Position numbers and translations under genes: made by a program. Positions 9,643-19,065 of a stretch of DNA of 61,796 nt are shown one piece after another; position 1 is the first letter of the stretch; each line of letters starts with the position of its first letter. Location: positions 1 to 61,796 of the forward strand of contig JBFHWF010000006.1 in assembly GCA_041589175.1 (NCBI GenBank), written 5' to 3'. Under the pieces are notes generated by a model, which saw only the letters and a program-made list of their open reading frames with translations, had not been told where the DNA came from and searched no databases. The stretch comes from Gammaproteobacteria bacterium (lineage in GTDB: Bacteria > Pseudomonadota > Gammaproteobacteria > SZUA-229).

Positions 9643-10140
9643 CTATAGAATATCTTCGATGAACCACGCGGAAAATGCATGACGCCCACTCAAGTCGGCC
9701 TTTCGGTAAATTGACGAGGCCTGCTGTCGAACGGTTTTCTCACGGGTATCGCGTAGTACGGCAATTTCTTTCAGACTCAGCCCTTTTAGCAGTAACCAGC
9801 CTACCTCCTGCTCACTTGGGGTAAGTGACCAGTCTTCAAACTGCTGATGTATCACCTCGCCCAGCTGTTGCCTGGCATTCACAACATAAGGCTCAGCTCG
9901 AATCCCATGCTGTTCAACTAATGCCTTTTTAAGTTGCTCTATTTCATGTTGCTGACGTAGCAGGCCTGTCAGTAACCATAATACAGCGCCAAGAGACAGC
10001 AACAGAATAATACCCTCCTGCACCAGGTGGCTCATCGATGCGCCATGACGCATATCACTTAGCAAATCTGCACCACTGGCAAGTACGACCAGCCCTGAAA
10101 CCAGAATCAGATAAATATCTCGGTTATCACTCGTTATCAA
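9643..10140 (-). CDS. Membrane-anchored LuxR-type HTH regulator
   Basis: Two N-terminal TM helices; C-terminal LTPSEQEV..LLKGLSLKEIA..R.T.EKTVRQQ HTH; start refined to TTG at 10140 preceded by GGAGG. Confidence 0.82.
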   Translation of the reverse strand: MITSDNRDIYLILVSGLVVLASGADLLSDMRHGASMSHLVQEGIILLLSLGAVLWLLTGLLRQQHEIEQLKKALVEQHGIRAEPYVVNARQQLGEVIHQQFEDWSLTPSEQEVGWLLLKGLSLKEIAVLRDTREKTVRQQASSIYRKADLSGRHAFSAWFIEDIL

Positions 10141-10166
10141 AGAAGCCTCCCGTGTATTTACACATA

Positions 10167-10206
10167 GGACATATGTCTCAAAGCCCGACATACAGCACAT
10201 TTGTCC
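10167..10206. promoter_or_regulatory. Two related dyads in the divergent luxR / cytochrome b intergenic region
   Basis: GGACATATGTCT (10167-10178) and GCACATTTGTCC (10195-10206), 28 bp apart. Confidence 0.45.
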
Positions 10207-10269
10207 ATTGTGACAAGTCGTTTAAGCCCGCATATTGTGATCATAACCGAGCTACTTACAGGTGTAACC

Positions 10270-10905
10270 ATGAATTCACTCGACATAACTCAGATACCGG
10301 TCTGGGATCTGTTTATACGCATTTTTCACTGGAGCCTCGCAAGCCTGTTTTTCATTGCTTACCTGAGTGGTGATGACGGCGAAACGCTTCATGTTTATAG
10401 CGGCTATCTGATTATCGCGCTGATCACGAGTCGCATTATCTGGGGATTTGTCGGTACCCGGCATGCCCGCTTTAACGATTTTGTAAAAGGTCCGTCAGCT
10501 GTCAGAGAGTATTTCAAAAGCCTGGCGACACGTAAGCCTGAACATTACTACGGTCACAACCCAGTCGGTGGCTGGATGGTCATCGCTCTCATTGCGTCTA
10601 TTATTCTGACCTCCTATACCGGCCTCAAAGTGTACGCCGTTGAAGAAGGCCTGGGGCCACTAGCCGCGAAGACTCAGCTCGTTTTAATCAGTAGTGCCTA
10701 TGCAGATGGTGATGAGTACGATGAGCATGATAATGAAAAACATGATGAAGAAGATGAATTCTGGGAAGAGCTACACGAAGCTAGCGCGAATTTCACATTA
10801 TTCCTGGTGTTCTTTCATATTGCAGGCGTGCTGATTTCCAGCCTCGCACATGGCGAAAATCTGGTCAGGGCCATGATCACAGGTAACAAAGATTCCGCCC
10901 CCTGA
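10270..10905 (+). CDS. Cytochrome b/b6-domain membrane protein (Ni_hydr_CYTB-like family)
   Basis: VWDLFIRIFHWSL, GHNPVGGW, EELHE, FFHIAGV..S..HGENLVRAMITG; start ATG 10270. Confidence 0.85.
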   Translation: MNSLDITQIPVWDLFIRIFHWSLASLFFIAYLSGDDGETLHVYSGYLIIALITSRIIWGFVGTRHARFNDFVKGPSAVREYFKSLATRKPEHYYGHNPVGGWMVIALIASIILTSYTGLKVYAVEEGLGPLAAKTQLVLISSAYADGDEYDEHDNEKHDEEDEFWEELHEASANFTLFLVFFHIAGVLISSLAHGENLVRAMITGNKDSAP

Positions 10906-10986
10906 TTATTCGTATAGTTAAAACATGCGGCGCATAAATTGATATGCCCGCATGCCTTATAAGGCGCTTACGTATACCAGGCTCTC

Positions 10987-11961
10987 TCAGGACGATTCCA
11001 CAGGAATTTCATTTTTCGACAGCTTACTGCTTTGCGTTAACATAACTTCAGCACGTGCACCAAGATACACATATAACCCAAGCCCAATTAACAGGCCAAT
11101 CGCTGCCGCCATCATCGTTACCGCATTCATCAGATATTCCGGCGAGCCAAGCACCGATTTAAACATGAGCAACAATGATTCTATTGATACCGCTATCAGT
11201 ATCGCGGCAATGAAACGTGTAATCGTACGACGCGTCGAACTATGCCTGAATATATCCTTATGCATTAGCACTTCTTCCTCTAGCGTCGTTTTACCGAGAT
11301 CAAATATTGCCAGCGCCAGTGTCAGATAGATAATAATACCGAAAGGTTTTAGATGAATCATATCCATCTCATCTGCCTTGAACAGGCTTCCTATTTCAGA
11401 AGCCGCAGAGAACAGTAACACCAGAACAACAGAAAACAGTCCTGCGACGATAAGGCTATAGAAACTCAGAAAGAATGGCTGGAATTTTTTTCTCCGCTGA
11501 TCGCCTGTTAGAAACTCAATTGCACCTGCCAGATCGATATCAACAACCAGTACGCCTCTACACTTTTCGACTTCATCCACACAACGAACAGCAGAAGAAA
11601 TGCATAATTTATGCGACGATGTTGACAGGTAGGGCTCAGTAACAATCACATCATCACTATTCCGCACCTGCTTATAATAAGGTCGATATTTTCTATCTAC
11701 GCCCTTTCCAAGAACAGCCTTATGATTTATGCCACTGCATCGATGTGAAATATTTTCACTGGTTTGCACACCATCAGCATCAAGGGTAAATATCAGTTCC
11801 ACAAATGGGTAGTTCTGGTGCAACCACCTCATCGCCTCGTGCAGATTCGCCTCATCCGTAAGCAGTTTCTTGTCGAAAATACCTGTAACAATGGAGGACA
11901 TCAGCTCATGTATAGCTGATTTGTAATCACGATAACGCTCAATTGCACTGATATAGTCCAT
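10987..11961 (-). CDS. PDC/Cache-like sensor domain fused to a C-terminal multi-TM region; function unknown
   Basis: RKYRPYYK, VIVTEPYLSTSS..CISSA, GVLVVDI Cache-like motifs followed by about four TM helices; start ATG 11961 (alternative 11973). Confidence 0.7.
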   Translation of the reverse strand: MDYISAIERYRDYKSAIHELMSSIVTGIFDKKLLTDEANLHEAMRWLHQNYPFVELIFTLDADGVQTSENISHRCSGINHKAVLGKGVDRKYRPYYKQVRNSDDVIVTEPYLSTSSHKLCISSAVRCVDEVEKCRGVLVVDIDLAGAIEFLTGDQRRKKFQPFFLSFYSLIVAGLFSVVLVLLFSAASEIGSLFKADEMDMIHLKPFGIIIYLTLALAIFDLGKTTLEEEVLMHKDIFRHSSTRRTITRFIAAILIAVSIESLLLMFKSVLGSPEYLMNAVTMMAAAIGLLIGLGLYVYLGARAEVMLTQSSKLSKNEIPVESS

Positions 11962-11997
11962 AATAGCCCCCATAGCATGAACACTATTCTATATGAG

Positions 11998-12012
11998 GCA
12001 ATTTTCAGGCCA
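11998..12012 (-). promoter_or_regulatory. Sigma-54 (-24/-12) promoter
   Basis: Minus strand TGGCCTGAAAATTGC, exact GG-N10-GC spacing, about 37 bp upstream of the Cache-TM gene start. Confidence 0.65.
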
Positions 12013-12249
12013 GATATTTATATTGAAAACATCATGTCAGTCAAAATGATCACTTCTCATCATTTTGATGTTTTTCTGTTTTTTATAAAATGGTTATGTA
12101 AAAGCGGGGGGATTTTACTTGCTTAATGACATTACACGTCTAATGCACATTCACATCTTCCCGCATATGGAACTACAAGAAAAAAATCTATTGTAGGATT
12201 CTGAATCCATGTATCTATTTAATTCTGCATTACACCTCATGACAAATAA

Positions 12250-13647
12250 TCAGATGCTGGTGATTCGATTACGCCCCTGCTGCTTTGAATGATATAAGGC
12301 ACTATCAGCTCGTGAAAAAATATCTGTCACTTCGTCGTCATCGTCCACCAGGCAGGTCACTCCTATACTCAATGTCAGTTTTATAAATTCTTTCCCAGTC
12401 AATACAACTTTGTGATCTGCCGCTTCATAGCAGATCCTGTCTGCTAATGCCATTGATGATTCAATATCAGTATTAGGCAATACGACCGCAAATTCTTCTC
12501 CTCCAATGCGACAGACAACATCACAGTATCTAACCAGTTCACGCAACAAGCTGGCAATATACTTTAATGCTATATCGCCAGCTTCATGACCATATTTATC
12601 GTTAACCTGCTTAAAATGGTCGATATCAACTATCATCAACGATAAAGATTCAGCATGCCGTCGACTTCGTTCAAACTCTCTACTTATCACTTCGTCGAAA
12701 TATCGACGATTATAAAGCTGTGTCAGTGGATCAGTGAGCGTCATCTGCTCCAGCTTATTATTTTCCTGAATTTTATTTTCCAGTTTTTCAATTAACGCCT
12801 CCCTGTCTGTTACATCCCGGATAGTTGCTAATGCACGCTTACCATAGCGTGTGTCTATCAAATTCAGGGTAATCTCAACTGCCAGTAATTCCTGGTTTTT
12901 TTTGACTGCCTCCAGCTTGCCTCTCTCATTCCCCATACGCCTTAGCCCACCATTCCTGAAATAATGCTGCATATGCTTCTCATGGTGATGACGATGTTCA
13001 ACTGGCATCAGATCCGATATTCTCATCTTCAGCAATTCAGCTTTACTATAACCAAAGAGATTTGAAGCCTGTATATTGGCTTTAATTATCGTGCCATCTT
13101 CCTCTACCTTGATTATTGCGTCTGGCGCCATCTCAAAAAGATTTTCACTTTCTTCATAAGATAGTTTGATATCTGCGTACAGACGATCCAGCTCTCTGAG
13201 GTTTCTTCTGTATTTATTTTCCAGTTCCTTCTGTTCGGTAATATCATTATGTGTACCAAGCATTCTAACTGGCACTCCATTTTCATCGCGTATTGCGATA
13301 CCGCGACATCGAATATAAACAGTGGAACCATTTCTGTGTTTATAACGAACTACCTGATCATAAGGGTGCTCAGGGTTGTGATAATGTTTTTCGAAATTGT
13401 CTCTGGCTAACAATAAATCATCCTGATTGATGATATGCTGCCATTCTTCAGACAGGTGCTGCTGCTTCTCAGGGTCATATCCCAGCACCTGCCAGAACTT
13501 TGGACTCATCCACTCATGATCTATGTTTTCAAGATCCCAGAACCACAGGCCATCGAGTCCTGAGCCCTGAAGAAAATCCAGTATCTCTTCGTCTTTACGA
13601 ATTAACTCATAGAGTTCCTGTTTGAGGTAGTGCATCGTCTTATCCAT
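12250..13647 (-). CDS. PAS-PAS-GGDEF diguanylate cyclase
   Basis: Two PAS domains, TDPLTQLYNRR, DIDHFKQVNDKYGHEAGD, RYCD I-site, RIGGEEF active site. Confidence 0.92.
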   Translation of the reverse strand: MDKTMHYLKQELYELIRKDEEILDFLQGSGLDGLWFWDLENIDHEWMSPKFWQVLGYDPEKQQHLSEEWQHIINQDDLLLARDNFEKHYHNPEHPYDQVVRYKHRNGSTVYIRCRGIAIRDENGVPVRMLGTHNDITEQKELENKYRRNLRELDRLYADIKLSYEESENLFEMAPDAIIKVEEDGTIIKANIQASNLFGYSKAELLKMRISDLMPVEHRHHHEKHMQHYFRNGGLRRMGNERGKLEAVKKNQELLAVEITLNLIDTRYGKRALATIRDVTDREALIEKLENKIQENNKLEQMTLTDPLTQLYNRRYFDEVISREFERSRRHAESLSLMIVDIDHFKQVNDKYGHEAGDIALKYIASLLRELVRYCDVVCRIGGEEFAVVLPNTDIESSMALADRICYEAADHKVVLTGKEFIKLTLSIGVTCLVDDDDEVTDIFSRADSALYHSKQQGRNRITSI

Positions 13648-13825
13648 CCCTGCTAGCTATCAGATATCATGACATGCTGATATCAACAGGTTTACAGACT
13701 CAGCACGACTCGACAGGTCAAAGTATAGAATCAACTCGCTGACGCGCCTGGCTCTCTATCGTATAGTGATATTTTCCCAGGATGGACTGCGCAATCGTGA
13801 AATTATCGTAGCTACTGGGGCTATG

Positions 13826-14296
13826 CTAGCTGATTTTTGCACCCACGAAGCCCAGCTGGCGCCATGCTTCATAAACAATCACTGAAACTGCATTTGACAG
13901 GTTCATACTACGACTCTCTGCACGCATAGGGATGCGTAGTACCTGCTGCTTCGGCAATGACTCAAGATACTCCACAGGCAGGCCTCGGGTTTCCGGGCCA
14001 AACACAAAGGCATCACCATCTACATACTCTGCCTCGGTATAGTTCTGTGTGCCTTTGGTTGAGCAGGCAAACACGCGTCCGGGCTTAAGCGCTTCGATAC
14101 ATTCGCTCAGACTCGGCCAGCTTTTCACCGCAGCAAACTCAGCATAATCGAGGCCCGCTCTACGGCATTTTTTATCATCAAGCTCAAACCCCAGCGGCTC
14201 GATCAGATGCAACTCAAATCCCGTATTGGCACACAGGCGTATGATATTTCCGGTATTTGGGGGAATTTCCGGTTGATAGAGAATAATAGTGAGCAT
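13826..14296 (-). CDS. trmL: tRNA (cytidine/uridine-34-2'-O)-methyltransferase
   Basis: [43 protein letters not shown]. Confidence 0.96.
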   Translation of the reverse strand: MLTIILYQPEIPPNTGNIIRLCANTGFELHLIEPLGFELDDKKCRRAGLDYAEFAAVKSWPSLSECIEALKPGRVFACSTKGTQNYTEAEYVDGDAFVFGPETRGLPVEYLESLPKQQVLRIPMRAESRSMNLSNAVSVIVYEAWRQLGFVGAKIS

Positions 14297-14358
14297 TTTG
14301 GGTTCCAGCAGTGGCGTTACGGATTTCAGCTACTACATGAGCTTTATTGCCTTAATTA

Positions 14359-14387
14359 TTGACGAATCTGCAATTCAGGTCTAATAA
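14359..14387 (+). promoter_or_regulatory. Putative sigma-70 promoter for the filament cluster
   Basis: TTGACG-17 bp-TAATAA in the AT-rich divergent intergenic region. Confidence 0.35.
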
Positions 14388-14426
14388 ATAACTAATAATT
14401 CGAATTATTTCAAAGGGTTCAGGGGA

Positions 14427-15872
14427 ATGGGCAATACACCTGGCGATGAACCTGACCTCGCCGCTCCAGCCACTGTTTTGCTGGTCGATGATGATCCATT
14501 AATTTCGGAAAGTCTGGGCTTCCTGCTAAAGAAGCACTACCAGGTCATGATTGCCGAGTCTCGTGCCGGGGCTCGGAAAATACTCGCTGACGCCTCAAAA
14601 AAGCCGGATCTTGCCCTGGTCGACCTCGGTCTGCCTCCGCATTCACACTCACCGGAAGAGGGCTTTGCGCTGATCGAAGAGTGCCTCGCCCATGATTCAC
14701 AGATGAAAATCCTGGTACTCTCAGGCCAGAGTGACCAGTCCAATATGCAGCATGCGCTCACCCTGGGCGCAGTGGACTTCATCCCCAAGCCAGCAGACCC
14801 TCAACTCTTACAAACCCGCTTACAGCACCACCTGATGCTAAAGCAGCTGGAACAGCGTCAGCAATCCCAGCTGCACTCTCACCCCATCATTGGCGAAAGT
14901 ACTGCAATTCGCGCGCTAAAAGAACAGATACAGCAGTTTGCCGACGCGGTATTTCCGGTACTTATCGAGGGTGAATCCGGCACCGGCAAGGAGCTGGTGG
15001 CAAGGGCATTGCACCAGCAAAGCACCCGGGCTGATAAACCCTATCTGGTCATCAACTGCGCAGCCATCGCGCCCGAGCTACTGGAATCACAGTTATTTGG
15101 CCATGCAAAAGGGGCTTTTACTGGTGCAGACCGGGCACGCAAGGGTTTCTTCGAAGAAGCCGATGGCGGCACTCTGTTTCTGGATGAAATGGGTGAAATG
15201 CCGGTAGAACTTCAGGCCAAACTGTTACGCGTACTGGAGAGTGGTGAATTCTATCGCGTGGGTGAAACCCGCTGTCTTGAATCCAGAGCACGTATTATTG
15301 CAGCCACAAACCAGCCACTGCAGCAGCGAGTCGCGCAGTCTCACTTCCGTGCAGACTTATACCATCGCCTGAGTATATTGAAGATTCAGCTACCGCCCGT
15401 GCGTGAACGAGAGCAGGATAGTCTGTTGCTATTTAACCATTTTCAGCAGTTCTACGGCGAATCACTCAAGCCCGTCAAACTCGATGATGCCGCACGCAGA
15501 AGCTGGCTTGCCTATGATTTTCCCGGCAATGTACGTGAACTGCGTAACGTTGTCATTCGCCTGTGTACCCGCTATCCCGCTCAAACCATTACACAGCATC
15601 AGCTATGTGCAGAATTTGAACAGGCCACGCCTCCTGCCCATTTGACAAATACCGACGATGCCCTGTTTAGTAAAGAGGCTATTCGACAACAGCTGGCTTC
15701 GGGTGAACTGCGGCTGGATCAGATGCTGGAGCAACTTGAAGACACTATTATTCAACAGGCCATGGAACTGTATAACGACAATATGAGCCAGGTTGCCAGG
15801 GCCCTGAACATTAACCGAACAACCCTGTACAGCCGCATGCAGAAAAAAACCAGTGAAACCGACTCAGAGTAG
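14427..15872 (+). CDS. Sigma-54-dependent response regulator (PrsR-like receiver) heading the filament cluster
   Basis: [42 protein letters not shown]-terminal Fis HTH. Confidence 0.9.
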   Translation: MGNTPGDEPDLAAPATVLLVDDDPLISESLGFLLKKHYQVMIAESRAGARKILADASKKPDLALVDLGLPPHSHSPEEGFALIEECLAHDSQMKILVLSGQSDQSNMQHALTLGAVDFIPKPADPQLLQTRLQHHLMLKQLEQRQQSQLHSHPIIGESTAIRALKEQIQQFADAVFPVLIEGESGTGKELVARALHQQSTRADKPYLVINCAAIAPELLESQLFGHAKGAFTGADRARKGFFEEADGGTLFLDEMGEMPVELQAKLLRVLESGEFYRVGETRCLESRARIIAATNQPLQQRVAQSHFRADLYHRLSILKIQLPPVREREQDSLLLFNHFQQFYGESLKPVKLDDAARRSWLAYDFPGNVRELRNVVIRLCTRYPAQTITQHQLCAEFEQATPPAHLTNTDDALFSKEAIRQQLASGELRLDQMLEQLEDTIIQQAMELYNDNMSQVARALNINRTTLYSRMQKKTSETDSE

Positions 15873-15878
15873 GCCAGT

Positions 15879-17354
15879 ATGTACCTAGAACACTTTGGGC
15901 TCGACCGCCCACCCTTCAAAATCACACCGGACACCAGTATGTTTTACAGCGGTAGCCGTCGTGGTGCCGTGCTGGAAGCGCTGAAATATGCCATTACCTC
16001 AGGCGAAGGCATCATCAAGGTCGTCGGTGAAGTCGGTTCTGGCAAGACCATGCTATGCCGTATGCTGGAGGTCGAACTGGGCCCACAGGTAGAAATTGTG
16101 TATATCGCAAACCCCAGTCTCTCACCGGAAAACATCCTGCATGTCATTGCCTTCGAGCTTAAACTCGGCATTACGTCAGAATCGACTAAGCTGGAGGTCA
16201 TGCAGGCTTTACAGGCCTATTTGCTGGACAAACATGCAAGCAATCGACAGGTTGTGGTTTTTGTGGAAGAAGCTCAAAGCATGCCGATCGAAACCCTGGA
16301 GGAAATTCGGCTGCTCAGCAACCTGGAAACCAGTGATCATAAGCTGCTACAGATGGTGCTATTTGGCCAGCCTGAGCTCGACGAAAAACTCCGCGAGCCA
16401 TCCATCCGCCAGCTAAAAGAACGTATTACGCATAACTTTTATCTGGAGCCTTTCCCGGCTGATGATGTTTATCAGTATCTCAACTTCCGCCTACGCGCGG
16501 TTGGCTATCGTGGCCCCGACCTCTTTACCAGTAAACTGGCCAGCAATATCGAACGTAAATCCTCCGGCCTGACTCGACGCATCAATATCCTCGCAGACAA
16601 AGCCCTGCTGGCGGCGTTTTCCGATGGTGGTCACAGTATCGAGACGCGACATATCGACATGGCAGCGGAGGATAGTGATTTCGGTCAGGCAGATCGCTGG
16701 AAGCCTGTCGCTCGTGTTGCGATCGCTATTTTCGCACTTGGCCTCGCCATGTTTATTGGCACCCTGTTACCTCAGGCCTGGCAGAGCACACAACTGACGG
16801 CTGCGCTGCCTGAGTCTATGGCAGTCAAGCCCACTGCCAGTCAGACAATCCGATCTGAATCAGATCGCCATTCCACCGCGCAAGGAGCTGCAGGCTCATC
16901 GGTTAGACAGGCGGCATCACTTAACACGACAAGCGAAACACTCGGTACCGAGCAGACTCCGCTAGCCGTGGCATCACAGGCACCCCTGAACCTGAATGCG
17001 CACTTACAGAAATCGCTCAGCTGGGCACAGACAACTCCATTCAATCACTTCACCATTCAGATGGCATTAATTGAGATCCATGCCGAGCCATCACTCAGGC
17101 AGTTTGTCGAGCTCGCCAGTGAGCACCTCGATATTGAAAAACTCTATATCTATCAAGCGTCTATTGGCGGGAGAATGGTTTTCAGTGTGCTATACAATGA
17201 TTATGAAGATAAATCGGATGCTATTGCGCAGCTAAGTCAGCTACCCGATGGGTTACGCAATGCTGACCCTTATTTGCGAACATTGAAGGGCATACGCTCA
17301 GATATTACAAGAACAGACAGGCTGGCAATAACTACGCCAGAGGATATACATTGA
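15879..17354 (+). CDS. ExeA/MshM-family AAA ATPase with TM helix and C-terminal SPOR-like domain
   Basis: MYLEHFGL..PF, GEVGSGKT, VEEAQ, LFGQPEL, RRINILADKALL; C-terminal FTIQM..VLYNDY..PYLR. Confidence 0.88.
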   Translation: MYLEHFGLDRPPFKITPDTSMFYSGSRRGAVLEALKYAITSGEGIIKVVGEVGSGKTMLCRMLEVELGPQVEIVYIANPSLSPENILHVIAFELKLGITSESTKLEVMQALQAYLLDKHASNRQVVVFVEEAQSMPIETLEEIRLLSNLETSDHKLLQMVLFGQPELDEKLREPSIRQLKERITHNFYLEPFPADDVYQYLNFRLRAVGYRGPDLFTSKLASNIERKSSGLTRRINILADKALLAAFSDGGHSIETRHIDMAAEDSDFGQADRWKPVARVAIAIFALGLAMFIGTLLPQAWQSTQLTAALPESMAVKPTASQTIRSESDRHSTAQGAAGSSVRQAASLNTTSETLGTEQTPLAVASQAPLNLNAHLQKSLSWAQTTPFNHFTIQMALIEIHAEPSLRQFVELASEHLDIEKLYIYQASIGGRMVFSVLYNDYEDKSDAIAQLSQLPDGLRNADPYLRTLKGIRSDITRTDRLAITTPEDIH

Positions 17355-19051
17355 AAAATTATAAAATAAATCAGATACCTGGCATAAGCCTATTAACTCT
17401 TTTGCTGGCCTTACTCACGGCCTGTGGACCTTCACGGCCACCGAATTACTCTGAGGGCCACCTCAAAGAGGGCGATACCGTTATCCGCGAAATCCCCACT
17501 CCAGTCAGCCAGACAATCCTGCTACCACCACCCGCACCCAGGCCTCCGGTAGAAACCTACACCGTGGTAGTCAGTGCGGTACCTGTCAAAGACCTGCTGT
17601 TTTCTATGGCGAGAGATGCACGCATAAACCTGGATGTGCATGACGATATCACGGGCCGAGTCACGCTAAACGCTATCGATCAGACCATGGAGCAGATACT
17701 GCAACGTATCTCTGAACAGGTCGCGATTCGTTATCAGCTTGAAGACAACACCCTGCGCATACAGGCAGATCGTCCCTACCTGCAAACCTATACTGTCGAC
17801 TACGTTAATATTTCTCGCAACGCCAAAGGCGTGGTGCGCGTCGCGACCACTATAGGGTCCACCGGTCAGGCCGATATCGGTGACAGCGGCAGTTCAAGCA
17901 GTAGCAATACGGAAAACAACAGTTCTCTCACTGAGGTTGAATTAACCTCGAAAAACCACTTCTGGGAAACACTCAGTCATAACATTATCGAAATTATTAC
18001 CGAACCCGTTAGCAGAGATGATAAACAGGATGCTACTCAGCTGCTCACGCAGGAAAGCCAGCAACAAAATGAAGATGGTACCGAAAATAGTAATGATGTT
18101 ATCGTGAATCGCGAAGCCGGTATGATCATGGTACGAGCCACATTCAAACAACATCGTGAAATACAGGCATTTATCGATAGGGTACTAAAAAATTCCAAGC
18201 GCCAGGTAATGATTGAAGCCACCATTGCCGAAATAAAATTAAGCGACCGTTATCAGGCTGGTGTTGACTGGTCACGAATTACCAGTAATCCCAGCGATGG
18301 CCTGAATATTCTAACCGATGTTAACAGTACCAACCTCGGCCAGTCGCCCTTCACATCATTCACACTCAATGACCTGGCATCCGATGGTGATCAGGTTAGT
18401 ATGACACTAAGAGCACTGGAACAGTTTGGCGATGTCAAAGTTTTATCCAGCCCCAAAGTCATGGCGATCAATAATCAGCCAGCTATTTTGAAAGTTGTCG
18501 ACAATATTGTGTATTTCGAAATGGACGTCGACACATCTGTTACCGAGACGCAATCACTCACCACATTTGAAACGGAAATCAAAACCGTACCCGTTGGTTT
18601 TGTAATGTCGGTAACACCTTTCATAAATGAGCACGAAAGTGTAACGCTCAATATTCGTCCCACCATATCCCGTGTAATTGACTCGGTAGAAGATCCAAAC
18701 CCTGCCTTTAAAAATGCGAATGTTATTTCCGAAGTACCTGTTATCCAGGTTCGTGAAATTGAATCTATCCTTACGATTAACAGTGGTGATACTGCAGTTA
18801 TAGGCGGACTCATGCAGGATACGGTAAATGATACTCAACGAGGCATACCTTTACTGTCAGACATTCCCTTTATTGGCTCACTGTTCCGCTACGATGATGA
18901 TCTGAGGGAAAAGTCGGAACTCGTTATCTTCATACGCCCCATGGTTATCCATCATGCAAGCCTGAATGGTGACCTTTCAGAATTTCGGCGCTTTCTGCCG
19001 GTCACTGAAAACTCGGACGCAGATACCGAGCCTGACAGTGCTGACAAGTAG
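17351..19051 (+). CDS. mshL: Lipoprotein secretin, MshL type
   Basis: Lipobox LLTAC, YTVDYVN, RQVMIEATIAEI, VLSSPKVMAINNQPA, GIPLLSDIPFIGSLF, KSELVIFIRP. Confidence 0.85.
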   Translation: MKNYKINQIPGISLLTLLLALLTACGPSRPPNYSEGHLKEGDTVIREIPTPVSQTILLPPPAPRPPVETYTVVVSAVPVKDLLFSMARDARINLDVHDDITGRVTLNAIDQTMEQILQRISEQVAIRYQLEDNTLRIQADRPYLQTYTVDYVNISRNAKGVVRVATTIGSTGQADIGDSGSSSSSNTENNSSLTEVELTSKNHFWETLSHNIIEIITEPVSRDDKQDATQLLTQESQQQNEDGTENSNDVIVNREAGMIMVRATFKQHREIQAFIDRVLKNSKRQVMIEATIAEIKLSDRYQAGVDWSRITSNPSDGLNILTDVNSTNLGQSPFTSFTLNDLASDGDQVSMTLRALEQFGDVKVLSSPKVMAINNQPAILKVVDNIVYFEMDVDTSVTETQSLTTFETEIKTVPVGFVMSVTPFINEHESVTLNIRPTISRVIDSVEDPNPAFKNANVISEVPVIQVREIESILTINSGDTAVIGGLMQDTVNDTQRGIPLLSDIPFIGSLFRYDDDLREKSELVIFIRPMVIHHASLNGDLSEFRRFLPVTENSDADTEPDSADK

Positions 19052-19065
19052 CAACAGGTGATCTC

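Noticed and set aside
10270-10905. Hydrogenase operon
   Set aside because: Cytochrome b family match only; no hydrogenase subunits or maturation genes in the window
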